Assembly (NCBI GenBank): GCA_964016885.1
Contig: OZ024742.1
Span: 362,514,001 to 362,578,000 of the forward strand
DNA: 64,000 bases
Direction: 5' to 3'
From: Eledone cirrhosa
Taxonomy: Eukaryota
The position numbers and the translations under genes are program-made. Shown piece after piece: positions 41,721-55,172 of the stretch; the first letter of the stretch is position 1, and the number at the start of each line of letters is the position of its first letter. Under the pieces are notes generated by a model. The model was not told the origin of the DNA. It did not search any database and worked only from the letters and a program-made list of their open reading frames with translations.

Positions 41721-43367
41721 ACTTTCATTTCATTCTAGTTTTCTGGCTGTATTTAAACTCATTATAAAATATCTTAACTTATATTATTAACATATATCCA
41801 TCATATGTTTCTATAGTCACCACACTACCTTCTTTCCAGTTGTGGTTTATAAAGCAGTTATTATTTTTTTTTTATTATTTAACAACTATCATTTTCCCTG
41901 ACTAGAAATGTTTCATTAACTTGGCAACATTCTCCTCATAACCTAACGAGAAATATATGGATGTTATTTCACAGATAGCATTCTGAACAATAGCCAGATA
42001 AAATACATTGATAATATCGTACAGAAAATTGATTTATAGACCTGGAAAGTTGTATATCTATGGGGAGATCAAACAACTCCAAAAGAAATGTCGATGCTAC
42101 ACCAAAGAGTTAGTACATAGAAGTTTGTTATGGAAAGGAAACATGTCCATAAAGAACATTTAGAGTACAGGTTTCAGGAAAATATATATATCTGATAGAT
42201 TCATACGTACCTATAAGCCTCCATGCACACATATCTATACACAACCCCCACTGTTAATTATAAAGTTAACACCATGTACATTTCTACAATAAGATTAACT
42301 TCAACATCTCTTTCCATGCATCCTCTCTCCTCAACCCCGCCATATGTATTGTTCCTCACAACCTTTTCTCTACCTAACAGTCCATAATACAATCTAATTC
42401 ACTCTATCTGCTTCTAACACCACCTACTTCTTTTGACCACTTCCTGTCGAACGACCAACCTTCCATTCAGCAGGATATAACTTTCTAAACTACATCTGAT
42501 AGTTTGGTATCCTTCTAAGACGACACTGAGAGTGTATCCGTGACACATATAAACCAGGTCCCACACAAAAGAACCCAACCTCCACGGCCTCCGTCCTTCT
42601 AACACTGTTCATCCCTATCCCTTTCTTGTCTCAATCTACTTCGATGAAGGGATTAACTCGAGGAATCAGATCCTTTGCGTATTTTTCCATTCACTAACAT
42701 TCTACACAATTGTATGGCTTTTTGCTCCTTTTTTAATAATTTGTTTTCTTTCTTCAATCGTCCGCCTCTCCTATTCGTGACACATTTATCTGTACACAAT
42801 CACACACACACACAAACACACACACAATCACACACAAACACACACAAACACACACATACACAATCACACACACAATCACACACACAATCACACACACATA
42901 AACACCTTCACACACACAATCACACAATCATACACACATAAACACCTTCACACACACACAGACACACATAATCATACACACATAAACACCGTCACATAAA
43001 TCAATCACACACAGACACACGGACACACAAACAGCTTCACACACAGAAACACAGACACAAACACAGTCACAATGATAGTATAGACAGATTCACTGTCGAA
43101 CACAACCATATATATACATAGAAGAAAGTGTGATTGCAGATATAAGAGAGGGAAAGAGAGTGAGGGAAAGAGAAAGAGGGAGATATAGATAGATAGAGAG
43201 AGAGAGATAAAGAGAGAGAGATAAAAGACTTAACAATGAAGGCCGCCAGTAAAATCAATGAAATTTTAGTAGTTCCAGGTTGGAAGAGTGAGTTGTGGAG
43301 TTTAACAAATTGTCAAAATTGGGAAATTAAAGGAATTGACAGATTCAAACAATTGTTACTTAAGACA

Positions 43368-43431
43368 GTTGCTGTTGTTGTTGTTGTTGTTGTTGTGGCT
43401 GTTGTGGTTGTTGTTGTTGTGGCTGTTGTGG

Positions 43432-43474
<43 letters not shown>

Positions 43475-43855
43475 GGCTGTTGTTGTTGTTGTTGTGTTGT
43501 TGTTCTTGTTGTTGTTGCTGTTGTTGTTGCTGTGTTGTTGTTGTTGTTGCTGTTGTGGCTGTTGGGGTTGTTGTTGTGTTGTTGTTGTTATGCTGTCGTT
43601 GTTGTTGCTGTTGTTGTTGTGGCTGTTGTGGCTGTTGGGGTTGATGTTGTGTTGTTGTTGTTATGTTGTTGTTGTTGTGGTTGTGACTGTTGTGGTTGTT
43701 GTTGTTGTGGCTGTTGTGGTTGTTGTTGTTGTTGTGTTGTTGCTGTTGTTGTTGTTGTTGTGGCTGTTGTTGTTGTTGTTGTTGTTGTGGCTGTTGTTGT
43801 TGTTCTTGTTGATGTTGTTGTTGTTGTGGTTGTTGTGGCTGTTGCTGTTGTTGTA
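43368..43855. repeat. (GTT)n/(GTG GCT GTT) compound microsatellite
   Basis: Poly-V/L/Q/N/T ORFs are artefacts. Confidence 0.95.
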
Positions 43856-44189
43856 GGAAGAAGAGAACAATGGAATGAGAGACGGCGAGAGAAGAGGAGA
43901 GAGAGAGGGGGAAAGAGGGACAAAGGGTGAGAGACAGGGACATAACACTCTTGTAGAGACACACATATATATACACACTACATGCAGAGAGACATACGCA
44001 TACATACACATACATACACATACACACACATACATACATACACATACACATACATACACATACACATGCATACACATACATATACACACACATAGCCATA
44101 CAAATGCATACACATACACATACATACATACATACATACATACATACATACATACATACATACATACATACATACATACATACATACAT

Positions 44190-44797
44190 GGTGGCTGCCC
44201 AATCGTTTTCGAGTACGGCCACTACTTTATATCCATGTAGGAGAACCCCTACCGATGCGCTGAACAAGTGTGACATTTTAGTCCAGCCAGCGACTCGAAA
44301 ACTCTGGTACAAACACTACACCTGTGACAATTATTGACACATAGGGCTGGGCCCATGGTACCATGTGACGATAAGTGCAGAGAGATCTCCAGATATAAAG
44401 CAATGCCTGTGCCGTGAAGCTTTTATAGTGAGCAAAGGCACTGCACAAAGCCAGTCCCACTCTCTTAACCAAGATGATATTTACCAAAAAGAAGAACAAG
44501 TCAACATCATTGGACACCATCAGGGTTGCAGGTGTTATATCAGAGTTTTCCTTCTCCTAGAATTCTGCCTTGACAGAGGCTAAGGGGTCATCTCTCCCGG
44601 TGATTTTGGATGGCCATTGACTCTTAAGAGGTCCTTTGCCCTTTGACAGGTTTTGTTTTTAGTCATGCAGTATGTCCAAAGTCACTCTCCTCACCAAGAA
44701 ACCTTGGTGGGGTTGCCAGTTTAGTCGCCAACGACCCGACCATGAGACAGGATGTACTGGGATACATGTTACCAGTAGCACCAACTGGTGACCTGAC
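44190..44797 (-). mobile_element. Full-length copy of the ~608-bp non-autonomous RTE derivative, in (TACA)n/(TA)n
   Basis: Same termini as 7318-7925; 3' tail (ATGT)n. Confidence 0.88.
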
Positions 44798-45097
44798 ATA
44801 TATATATATACATATATATATATACATACATATATGTATATATATACATATATATATACATATATGTATATATATATATACATGTATATATGTATATACA
44901 TATATACATATATATATACATATATATATACATACATATATGTATATATATACATATATATATACATATATATATATATATACATATATATATACATACA
45001 CATATATATATACACACATATATATATACATATATATACATACACATATATATATATACATACATATATATACGCACATACATATATATATACATAC

Positions 45098-45128
<31 letters not shown>

Positions 45129-45136
45129 CATACATA

Positions 45137-45182
<46 letters not shown>

Positions 45183-45183
45183 C

Positions 45184-45216
<33 letters not shown>

Positions 45217-45346
45217 CATACATATATACACATACATATATATACATACATACATATATATATATACATACATACATATATATATACATACATACATATA
45301 TAATCATACATACATATATATATATATACATATATAAATACACACA

Positions 45347-45520
45347 CACTATCACCTACTACCATACTATGGTTATATGTATCTCATCGCTCACTATCAC
45401 CTACTACCATACTATGGTTATATGTATTTCAGCCCTAGTATCACCTACTACCATACTATGGTTATATTTATCGCAGCCCTCACTATCACCTACTACCATA
45501 CTATGGTTGTATTTTGCTAC
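45347..45520. repeat. ~45-bp tandem repeat, ~4 copies
   Basis: tatcacctactaccatactatggtt at 45350, 45395, 45439 and 45484. Confidence 0.9.
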
Positions 45521-45564
45521 TTAATCTGGCTGACTACCTTACTAATTCCATATTTCACATAACC

Positions 45565-45700
45565 AAATTGACCCCAGTACTGCGCTTTTATCAACCTTGT
45601 CAGGAAAAAGCGCAAAGTTAACCTTGGCAGGATTTGAACTCCAAGCCAGGGGAAATGATGCAAAGCATTTTACTTGAAATTCTAAAGACTGCCAGTTAAC
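45565..45700 (-). mobile_element. tRNA-derived SINE copy, degraded
   Basis: gaccccagtac...gcaaagttaaccttggcaggatttgaactc. Confidence 0.65.
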
Positions 45701-45705
45701 TGACC

Positions 45706-45818
<113 letters not shown>

Positions 45819-45956
45819 ACATATGTATGTATATATATATATATATATGTACATACATACATACATACATAAATACATACATACGTACACATACATACAT
45901 AAATACATACATACATACATACACACATACATACATACATCAACACATACATACAT

Positions 45957-46289
45957 GGTGGCTGCCAACTCGTTTTCGAGTATGGCCACTACTTTATATT
46001 CATGTAGGAGAACCCCTACTGATGCGCTGAACGAGTGTGACTTTTTAGTCCAGCCAGCGACTTGAAAACTCTGGTACAAACACTACACTTGTGACAATTA
46101 TTGACACATAGTGCTGGGCCCATTGTACCCTGTGATGACAAGTGCAGAGAGATCTCCAGATATAAACCAATGCCTGTGCCGTGAAGCTTTTATAGTGAGC
46201 AAAGGCACTGCACAAAGCCAGTCCCACTCTCTTAACCAAGATGATATTTACCAAAAAGAAGAACAAGTCAACATCATTGGATACCATCA
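45957..46289 (-). mobile_element. 5'-truncated copy of the non-autonomous RTE derivative with TSD
   Basis: catcaacacatacatacat on both sides (45938-45956 and 46285-46303). Confidence 0.85.
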
Positions 46290-46696
46290 ACACATACATA
46301 CATACATACATACATGCATACATACATACATACATACATACATACATACATACATACATACATACATACATACATCTCTAGCGGAGAGACAGGGAGAGAG
46401 TTCGAGATAGAGTGGGAGGGAGAGAAGCAGAGAGAGTAGGAGAGAGAGTAGGAGGGAGAGTAGGAGAGAGAGAGTAGGAGGGAGAGAAGGAGGGAGAGTA
46501 TGAGAGAGAGTAGGAGAGAGAGAGAGAGTAGCAGGGAGAGAAGGAAAGAAAGAAGGAGGGAGGCTAGATAAGGAGTGTCCGTGAAATATTCCATCTTAGA
46601 ATATGTTTTAAGTAGAAGACGTGAAGACTTGGAGAGGATTCTTTGAAGTAACTCAAAAATGATAGGAGAAATATGAAAGATCCAATAAATACTTGA

Positions 46697-46727
<31 letters not shown>

Positions 46728-46735
<8 letters not shown>

Positions 46736-47338
46736 GAGATAAGCGGAGCAAGGAAGATTCATAAAAAATTTTTAAATAAATTAAAAAATATAATTTAAAT
46801 ATTTAGCTGTTCCAATTGCTTTTACCGACGGTTTCACTTCACAAAAGATTGGAGATCCCTGGGGACTTCCAATGGAAAAGTTTAAATCATCAGAAAGCAT
46901 TTTCCTTTCCTAGGACAAAAAATCCCAGGAACGGCAACATATATGGCCATCTGCCAGCTAGCACAGGATCGAATGGGGCCGAAAATTTGACCTATGCATG
47001 AACCAGCCCATAGTAGAAGCGGAAGTAAACATACACGCATTGTCTACCTCGCCACTAAAAATAGCAGCTAAATAGAACAACAGATTTGTTCTCTACATAA
47101 CGGAGAATATGAAAAGAGCTTCATATCCCCACAGGTACTAAGTAACCCTGGAAATATATAGGGTGTCTATGATACAGTAGTTGTTCTATGGTATTAATTT
47201 GACATACCAGAACTATAAAATTGAGATGAGCGGAACAAGCAAGATTCAAACAATTTTTAAAAATAAATAAAAAATATAATTTAAATATTTACCTATTCCA
47301 ATTGCTTTTTACCGACGGTTTCACTTCACAAAAGATTG

Positions 47339-47340
<2 letters not shown>
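46728..47340 (-). mobile_element. ORF-less HHR-bearing partial tandem, ~487-bp period, in (TA)n (retrozyme-like or solo pLTR tandem)
   Basis: 46734-46853 is repeated at 47221-47340; full HHR in one unit, 3' half in the other. Confidence 0.7.
46817..46899 (-). ncRNA. Type I hammerhead motif
   Basis: tgcttt-CUGAUGA-(attgga..gtccc ca gggat..tccaat; weak base)-GAAA-ccgtcgg-UA-aaagca. Confidence 0.7.
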
Positions 47341-47395
<55 letters not shown>

Positions 47396-47397
<2 letters not shown>

Positions 47398-47594
47398 CGA
47401 AGGGAATGTGGTAAGGAACCAGATGGACCATAACGCACCAAAGTACTCAATACTTAGGATAGTAGAGTGGGTAATAGGAACGAGTAGGACCGCGACGGCT
47501 GAGCTCAAGCCGTTTCAACGGCTAATTCTGTAGAGTCCAGAATTAGCCGTCGAAACAGCTTGAGCTCAGCCGTCGGGGTCCTACTCGTTCCTAT
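47396..47594. mobile_element. Fold-back pLTR fragment carrying HHR 3' halves; same family as 50281-50517, 50640-50817 and 59578-59714
   Basis: gtc-GAAA-crgcttgagctcagccg-UC-gggg present as an inverted pair around 47531-47537. Confidence 0.7.
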
Positions 47595-47609
47595 ATATAT
47601 ATATATATA

Positions 47610-48576
47610 TATTGTCATACTTTGGGAGGGTCATGTTGCCGATAAGAAACACACGCACCAGTTGCTTTCACTTCAATTTATTATATATTTATAAATTTAT
47701 AAATTTACAAATTTATAAATTTCTGGTTGGTTGGTTGGTTCCACAACCAGATAAGAAATGTATAACCTGTAAAATAAGCCCCCATATTAACTGTAAAACT
47801 AGAAATGTAGTGTATAGCATAAGATGTAATGAAGGACAATGTAGAGACAAAAATATAGTGTACATAAGTGAGACAGCTCGTAGTGTAGGGGAACGGATAA
47901 ATGAACACTGGCGAGACCTTCAAGATAATAAAGAACCATCTGTACTCTACCAACATGCTAAGATAGAACACAAGTGTAAATTAGAGAACATAGAAATAAA
48001 AATAGAATCTACACACAGAAAAGACGCAATGTTTAGACAAATTACATAGGCAATAAACATAAAAGAATTACAATCAAAATTAAATAGAAAATATGAGTGG
48101 AACAGCAACATCACAACTTACAATTAAGGAGAAAATGAAAACACACACACACATAGAACAAACAACCAACCAGTAACATGTAAATAAACAAATAAATAAA
48201 TGAACATAAACACACACAGACACCCGGATGTGGCGCATGCGCAGACTGAGCACACAACACACACACAGAAACAAAATGGCGTAGGACAGAACAAAGGAGA
48301 GGCACAGAAACAAAGAAAGGAATCACCAGTCACTGAAGAGGTCACAGAGTGTGTGACGAAAGAACTATGACTATATATAAACAACTATCTGGTTGTGGAA
48401 CCAACCAACAAACCAGAAATTTATAAATTTATAAATTTATAAATATATAATAAATTGAAGTGAAAGCAACTGGTGCGTGTGTTTCTTATTGGCAACATCA
48501 CCCTCCCAAAGTATAACAATATCGGTTTCAACACTCGATTTCAGATAAAGAATCTTGCTAAACAAATTCAGAAACG

Positions 48577-48577
<1 letters not shown>
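47610..48577 (+). mobile_element. 5'-truncated Neptune-type PLE: inverted pLTR (47610-47753), GIY-YIG C-terminus, direct pLTR
   Basis: CITC..HINCKTRNVVYSIRC..C..VYISETARSVGERINEH...H..H; 47610-47753 is the reverse complement of ~48385-48520; flanked by (TA)n. Confidence 0.85.
48328..48372 (+). ncRNA. Minimal type I hammerhead in PLE pLTR
   Basis: agtca-CUGAAGA-g gtcac agagtgt gtgac-GAAA-gaac-UA-tgact. Confidence 0.8.
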
Positions 48578-48620
<43 letters not shown>

Positions 48621-48862
48621 TGCGAGGGAGAGAGTTCCCGAGCTTAAACATCATTATTCAATATAGTAACCCACCACAAACCTCACCTCCTCCCACACAC
48701 CCATCTAATATTCTACACCAGTTGGAACCTATACGGATCAACTACTCTCTCTGTCCCTTAGCATTCTTGATGATTTCATACGAATGAAACAGTTCTACTA
48801 CTGTAGAAGCGATTTCTATATTAAATGTTTATATATATATATATACATATATATGTACATAT

Positions 48863-48885
48863 GTATCATCATCATCATCATCATT

Positions 48886-48960
<75 letters not shown>
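48863..48960. repeat. (ATC)n microsatellite
   Basis: Pure catcat run. Confidence 0.95.
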
Positions 48961-48961
<1 letters not shown>

Positions 48962-49261
48962 CCGTTTTACGTCCATTTTTCCAAGCTAGCATGGGTTAGA
49001 CGGGTTGTCCTGTTGTGGGCAGTGCCCGGTCGGCTGACCTTGTCTTGCTCATACGGGAACTGATTCTGGCTTGATTTCTACAGCTGGATTCCCTTCCTAG
49101 TACCAACCTCATTTACAGTGAGTGCTGGGTGCTTTTTTTACCGTGGAGCCTATGCGCCCACTTTACAGTGTGGGCTGGGAGCTTTTTTGCCGTGGCACCA
49201 TTATGACCACTTTTCAGTGGGAGGGGATGAGGGCATATTGTCTATATACTTCAGCTTCGGC

Positions 49262-49675
49262 TTAGGTATTAAATTAACGATGAAAATAAAAACAACAAAC
49301 TCAAGTTATTTTATCGATTCATATAATTGATTTACGATCGTTTCGGAGGGTCGATCATATTGACATATTGTCTGATCTATAGCAGTTATATAGCTGTATA
49401 CTATCAGAACTCATATATAGGTTCGATCAGACCGTCTTCTTCGACTCTGGAAAACGATCGTAAAACAATGATATGAATAGGTAAAATAACTTGACTTTGG
49501 TGTTTTTATTTTCATTGTTAACTTAATACCTAATATCTGACTCTGTATCTAAAGAAATAACCCAGCAGAACACGGAACTTTTCTATGGATTTCATTGGAT
49601 TACTCACCATCGGATTACATTGGGTTCTATCTACGGTACGGACCCTACCACTAAGGGTTGACCACTCTGGCAAGT
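49262..49675 (+). mobile_element. Fold-back pLTR relic of a Hydra-type PLE; both arms carry GAAA-cgatcg-UA
   Basis: 49262-49350 is inverted at 49441-49532; tail ggattacattgggttct resembles 38551-38590. Confidence 0.65.
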
Positions 49676-49683
49676 ATATATAT

Positions 49684-49783
<100 letters not shown>

Positions 49784-50123
49784 ATAAGGGCGCTGCGGAG
49801 TTGCAAATGGGTTACATATGAAAAAAGTTTGTCCTTCATCAGTGATCTTCCAACTATCATGGGCATTTCATCGCTTTAAAGACCATATACCTCCGGTTGG
49901 TGCGAGCAACGGCTAAAAAAAGTTGTTGGGACACGTAAATAAAGGGGACGCGAGGGTAAACAAACAAAATGGTGAAGCAACAGAAAGTGAGGAAGAAGGA
50001 GACAAGTCCCAGATTTCTATGAATTTAAGTTCGGTGAAATCGTGAACGAGAGAATAAAGACCATCAAACCTGGTTGAAATGTGAGCAAGGAAGGAATTTC
50101 GCACAGGTCTAACGGGAGGAAGA

Positions 50124-50231
<108 letters not shown>

Positions 50232-50232
50232 A

Positions 50233-50280
<48 letters not shown>

Positions 50281-50285
<5 letters not shown>

Positions 50286-50515
50286 GTTGAGATCCGTGGG
50301 GTGTATAAGACTGTAGCGTATAAGACCGAAGGAAGTGTGGTAAGGAACCACGTGGACCATAACGCACCAGAGTACTCTATACTTAGGGTAGTAGATTGGG
50401 TAATAGGAAAATGTTCAAGCGTTGCGACGGCTATTTCTGGACTAAATCTAATTTAGTCCAGAAATAGCAGTCAAGATAACTTGAGCTCTGCCATCGGGGT
50501 CTTGAACATTTTCCT

Positions 50516-50553
<38 letters not shown>

Positions 50554-50815
50554 AAATAAATATCGTATTATAAAGATATTTTCCATTTATTAATATCGTT
50601 AATATTATATATGTATGTGTATATATATATATATATATAGGCTGAGCTCAAGCCCTTTCGACGGCTAATTCTGGACTCAGTCCAGAATTAGCCGTCGAAA
50701 CGGCTTGAGCTCAGCCGTCGGGGTCCTACTCGTTCCTATTACCCACTCTACTACCTTAAGTATTGAGTACTTTGGTGCGTTATGGTCCACCTGGTTCCTT
50801 ACCACATTTCCTTCG

Positions 50816-50817
<2 letters not shown>
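50281..50817. mobile_element. Two more fold-back pLTR fragments (50281-50517 and 50640-50817) separated by (TA)n
   Basis: gacggctaattctggactcagtccagaattagccgtc-GAAA-cggcttgagctcagccg-UC-gggg at 50660-50723; diverged version at 50426-50500. Confidence 0.75.
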
Positions 50818-50889
<72 letters not shown>

Positions 50890-51996
50890 AGATAAATCTA
50901 CCAAAAGTTTACGGTAGTGTCCAATCCGTATGAAGAACTCAATGTAATCCGGATGTAATAGAAAGAAGAGATGCATTCAAAAATCACTTTCGGTGAAAGA
51001 TAAACGGAATACAGAGTCAAGATAAAATATTAAAAAAATAATGAATAAAACAAAGAAACAGTTCCTTATATTAAACAAAAAAAGTTCATTATTTAACGAT
51101 CGTTTCTAGGACATATATGTGTTAGAATTGGCATGCATATTCAAAAGATCTATGTACAAAATTATACAAACTATCAAGGAGAATATACATACCATCACAT
51201 ATATATGCTGTCTTCAGAAATAATGAAGTGTATTTATTGATAATAACAACAATTCAAAATTACAGGTCTGTTTGGGAACATATTTTAAATAGACCAATGA
51301 AAAACATAAAAATTCATCAAGAAAATACAGTTAGGTGTGTGTATATATGTAAGTAACTTCGTTCACAGATATGCATAAAAATGTATGTTCACATGCATAC
51401 GCATGTCGAAAAAGTGTATGTAAATATAAAAATTTAGGGCTAATGTCTCTGTATGTTTATAATCCACAGACAAAATATACATACATATACATATATATAT
51501 ATACATATATACACACATATACATACATTCATACACACACACGCATATATACATAAACACACACATACCTACGGACACACATATATATATACACACACAC
51601 ACACACATACGTATATATTATTATTATAACTATATGGATATTGAGGCTCACACATAAACACGGCCACACACACTTACATTTAGATGCAGAATTAAAAGGA
51701 GGTAAGGGAGTAAGTAATTAAAGAAGAGTGTCAAACTCAGCATATTTATAAAAATGTATCTATAAAGTTAGAAATAAAAAGAAATATAATAAAAGAAATA
51801 TAAAAACATAAAAAAACATAAAAGAGAGACATAAAATATACATGCTTATATACATACGCACATTTACACATCCATACGTTCGATACATACATACGTACAT
51901 ACACACACATACACATACTTAACCTCACGCATATTAACCTGTTTGTATGCATATACATAAAAACAAGTAAAACATATACTCATACATATAAATACA

Positions 51997-52044
<48 letters not shown>

Positions 52045-52274
52045 CACACAACACACATATATACATATATGTACACACACATACACACATACATACACAT
52101 ACATATATATATATATATATACATATATATATACACACATATATATACACACATATATATACACACACACACATACATAAACATATATATACATACACAC
52201 ACATACCCATGTATATATACACACAACCACACACACACACACACTCAGACATACATAAATATAGAGACATACAT

Positions 52275-52331
<57 letters not shown>

Positions 52332-55172
52332 TACACACAGTCAGACAATTATGCACATATATACACATACATACACACATCTCTACAAATACATATACAT
52401 ACACATACATACATACACATATATATACACTCATACACACTTATTTACATGCGCACATATATATTTTTATACTCACATACAAACACACAAACATACATAC
52501 ATACTTACATACACATACATACATCCACGCTTACAAATACGAATAATTATGGGGGGTGGGGGGATTAAAATTATTAGTGGGAAATAGTAAATATAGGTTT
52601 CAAGGAACATAGAATATTAATCTGCATTTAAATCATAATATGTGTTTACATAGTAGTGTCAGTATTAGGAAATGGTATTTGTAAGAAAGAAGGCTAAATT
52701 ATGCATTTTAATATAAGTAGACTATTAATTTTAGGCTAATTAAAGTAAAAATAGTTAATATATTAATTTCTAAGGTGTATACTACTTAGGTTTATAATTT
52801 TTAAAGCGGAATTTTGAAGTTAAACAGTAGTAGAGTATTAATTATAGCATAACTAAATTAAAAATATTAACATGATGGTATCAATTTTAGGAAATGAATT
52901 TTGTAATAGGGAAAGCCAAATTAAGTATTTCATCGGTAGTAGAATATTAATTATAGGTTAACTAAATTAAAAATTATATATTAATTTCTATAGTATATGT
53001 TAATTAGGTTTATAATAATTAAAGCAAAATTTTGTATTTTATCTATAGTAGAATATAATTATAGGTTAACTAAATTAAAATTAATCTATATATTTATTTG
53101 TAAAGAATATATTAATTAGGTATATATTTAAAAGTTTTTCTCAGTTTATGATTACACGATATTCTGCAATCCATCTGTATTAGAATTTTAATTTTAAGCT
53201 AACTAAATTAAAATTATAGGTTAACTAAATTAAAATTAATTTCTAAATTAATTTCTAAATTGTATATTAATTAGGTTTATAATATTAAAAAGTATTTCTC
53301 TGTTATTGATTACACGATATTTTGTTATATTTCATCTGTAAAGGAATTTTAATAAAAGGTTAAATAAACTAAAATTAATCTATATATTAATTTCCAAAGT
53401 ATATATTAATTATGTTAATAATATTTAAAAGTTTTTCTCAGTTTATGATTATACGATATTTTTTAATTTCATCTGTAGTAGAATTTTAATTAAATTAAAA
53501 TTATAGGTTAACTACATTTAAATTAATTTATATATTAATTTCTAAAATATATATTATTAATTAGGTTTATAATATTTAAATGTTTTTCTCAGTTTATGAT
53601 TACACGATATAATTAATTCCTGTCGCTTATTTAATAGGATATCCTTAGATTTCATTATTTCAAATAGTTCTTGGGAACACAATCTACATTCATTTCTATT
53701 ATTTTGATAAGGGGTGGCTCTTTTGAGCACACTCCAGGTCATATCATATTCTATATTCTTATTTCTATAACTATTAATTTTTTCTGCTAGAGATGTTGTA
53801 TTAGCCAGTGCGGCATTTTTAAAACTATGTTTGTGGGTATTAAACCTTACCTTAAAATTGTTAGAAGTAGCTCCTATATATGAGCAAATAGAATCTTTAG
53901 TTTTAACTTTACATTTATAAACTATGTTGTTAACAAGACAATTTCCTTTTAATGGGCAGTTTGCTTTGTTTCTACAGTTACAACCTTTCGTTAATTCTGT
54001 ATTTGAGGAGATATTATGGTTAGTTGATGTATTGGTGGTATACTTATGGTTTTTTTTACATTTATATGCATTATAGGCACTTATATTTTGTTTTATGTTT
54101 TTGGTTGTTGAGTATGAGAATTTAACTGTTGATCTATTTAAGATTTGATGGTATTTGTGGTTTGGCGGGAAGTTTTTCTCTAGGATATTAAACATTTTTT
54201 TAGCTATATTATCCTTAATTTGTAGATTAAATGGAGCATTATAACAAGTAATTCGTCTATTACGGTTTCTATGTTGTTTATTGTTTTTATAGGATGCATC
54301 GTGATGTTTACTAGGAGGATTAATGTTAATGACCTCACCACGCACATTTTTAGTTAGATTTATTGATTTAGGTGTTTTAGCTTGTTTATTAGGAGTTTTA
54401 TTATTAACATTTATTAGAGTTGTATGATGAGTAGTTTTTTGGAGTTACTATACTTTATATTAGAGAAGTTAGAGAAATTTGGTTTTATGTTGGTATTTTG
54501 GGGTATAGTGTGAGTGGCATTTAGGTGTGTACTTTTCATTTGGTGTTTGTTGGTAATATTAGGTTGTATGTTTATAGTGTTATTAGTAGAAGGTATATAT
54601 TCCAATCTATTTCTGTGGCCACTTCTATCTAGAGCTTCGTTATAGAAGGTCGCATTTTCATCAAATACATCTTGGTTAGACGAAAGGTTAGAAATTCTAA
54701 GTGATATATATGCAAGGTTTTTAAGGATAGATTTAGGGTGATTAGATTGTGAGTGTATGTAGTGTAAGTTTTGGTTGGGTTTATGGTAAGGTTGGTAGCT
54801 ACCCGTAGCTAAGTCTAAAGTTATATCTAGGAAATTAACTACTTTACTTGTGTTTTCAAAAGTAATATGAAGACTATAATAGTCTTTAAGGAAAGTTCTA
54901 ATAAGCTTTTTGCTTTTTTCTATTTCTGATAGGCTAAGGTTGTTGGAAAGAAGAAGACAGTCATCACGATATAAAACACCTTTAAGGTGGGGAAAGGAAG
55001 CATTTATGTTAAAAAGAAGAAAGAGGCCCACAAGATCAGTAATTTGGGCAGAATCGCTTGAACCCATAGTAATATCAAATAGATTACTATATGTGTTTCT
55101 GGTCCAGTATTCATTCTGAAATTCAATAAGTGTTAGTCTAGCATGTGTAATAATATTAATGTCATCCAAAGT
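50890..55172 (-). mobile_element. Hydra-type PLE, 5'-truncated: RT part and GIY-YIG (53557-55170), microsatellite-inflated 3' region, pLTR (~50890-51300)
   Basis: FDITMGSSDSAQITDLVG, LYRDD, VNFLDITLDL, SNHPKSI, CNCRNKANCPLKGNCL, YIGATSNNFKVRFNTH, CRLCSQE, LLNKRQELIISCNH. Confidence 0.88.
51087..51225 (-). ncRNA. pLTR hammerhead, long stem II
   Basis: cattattt-CUGAAGA-cag...cta-GAAA-cgatcg-UU-aaataatg. Confidence 0.7.
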
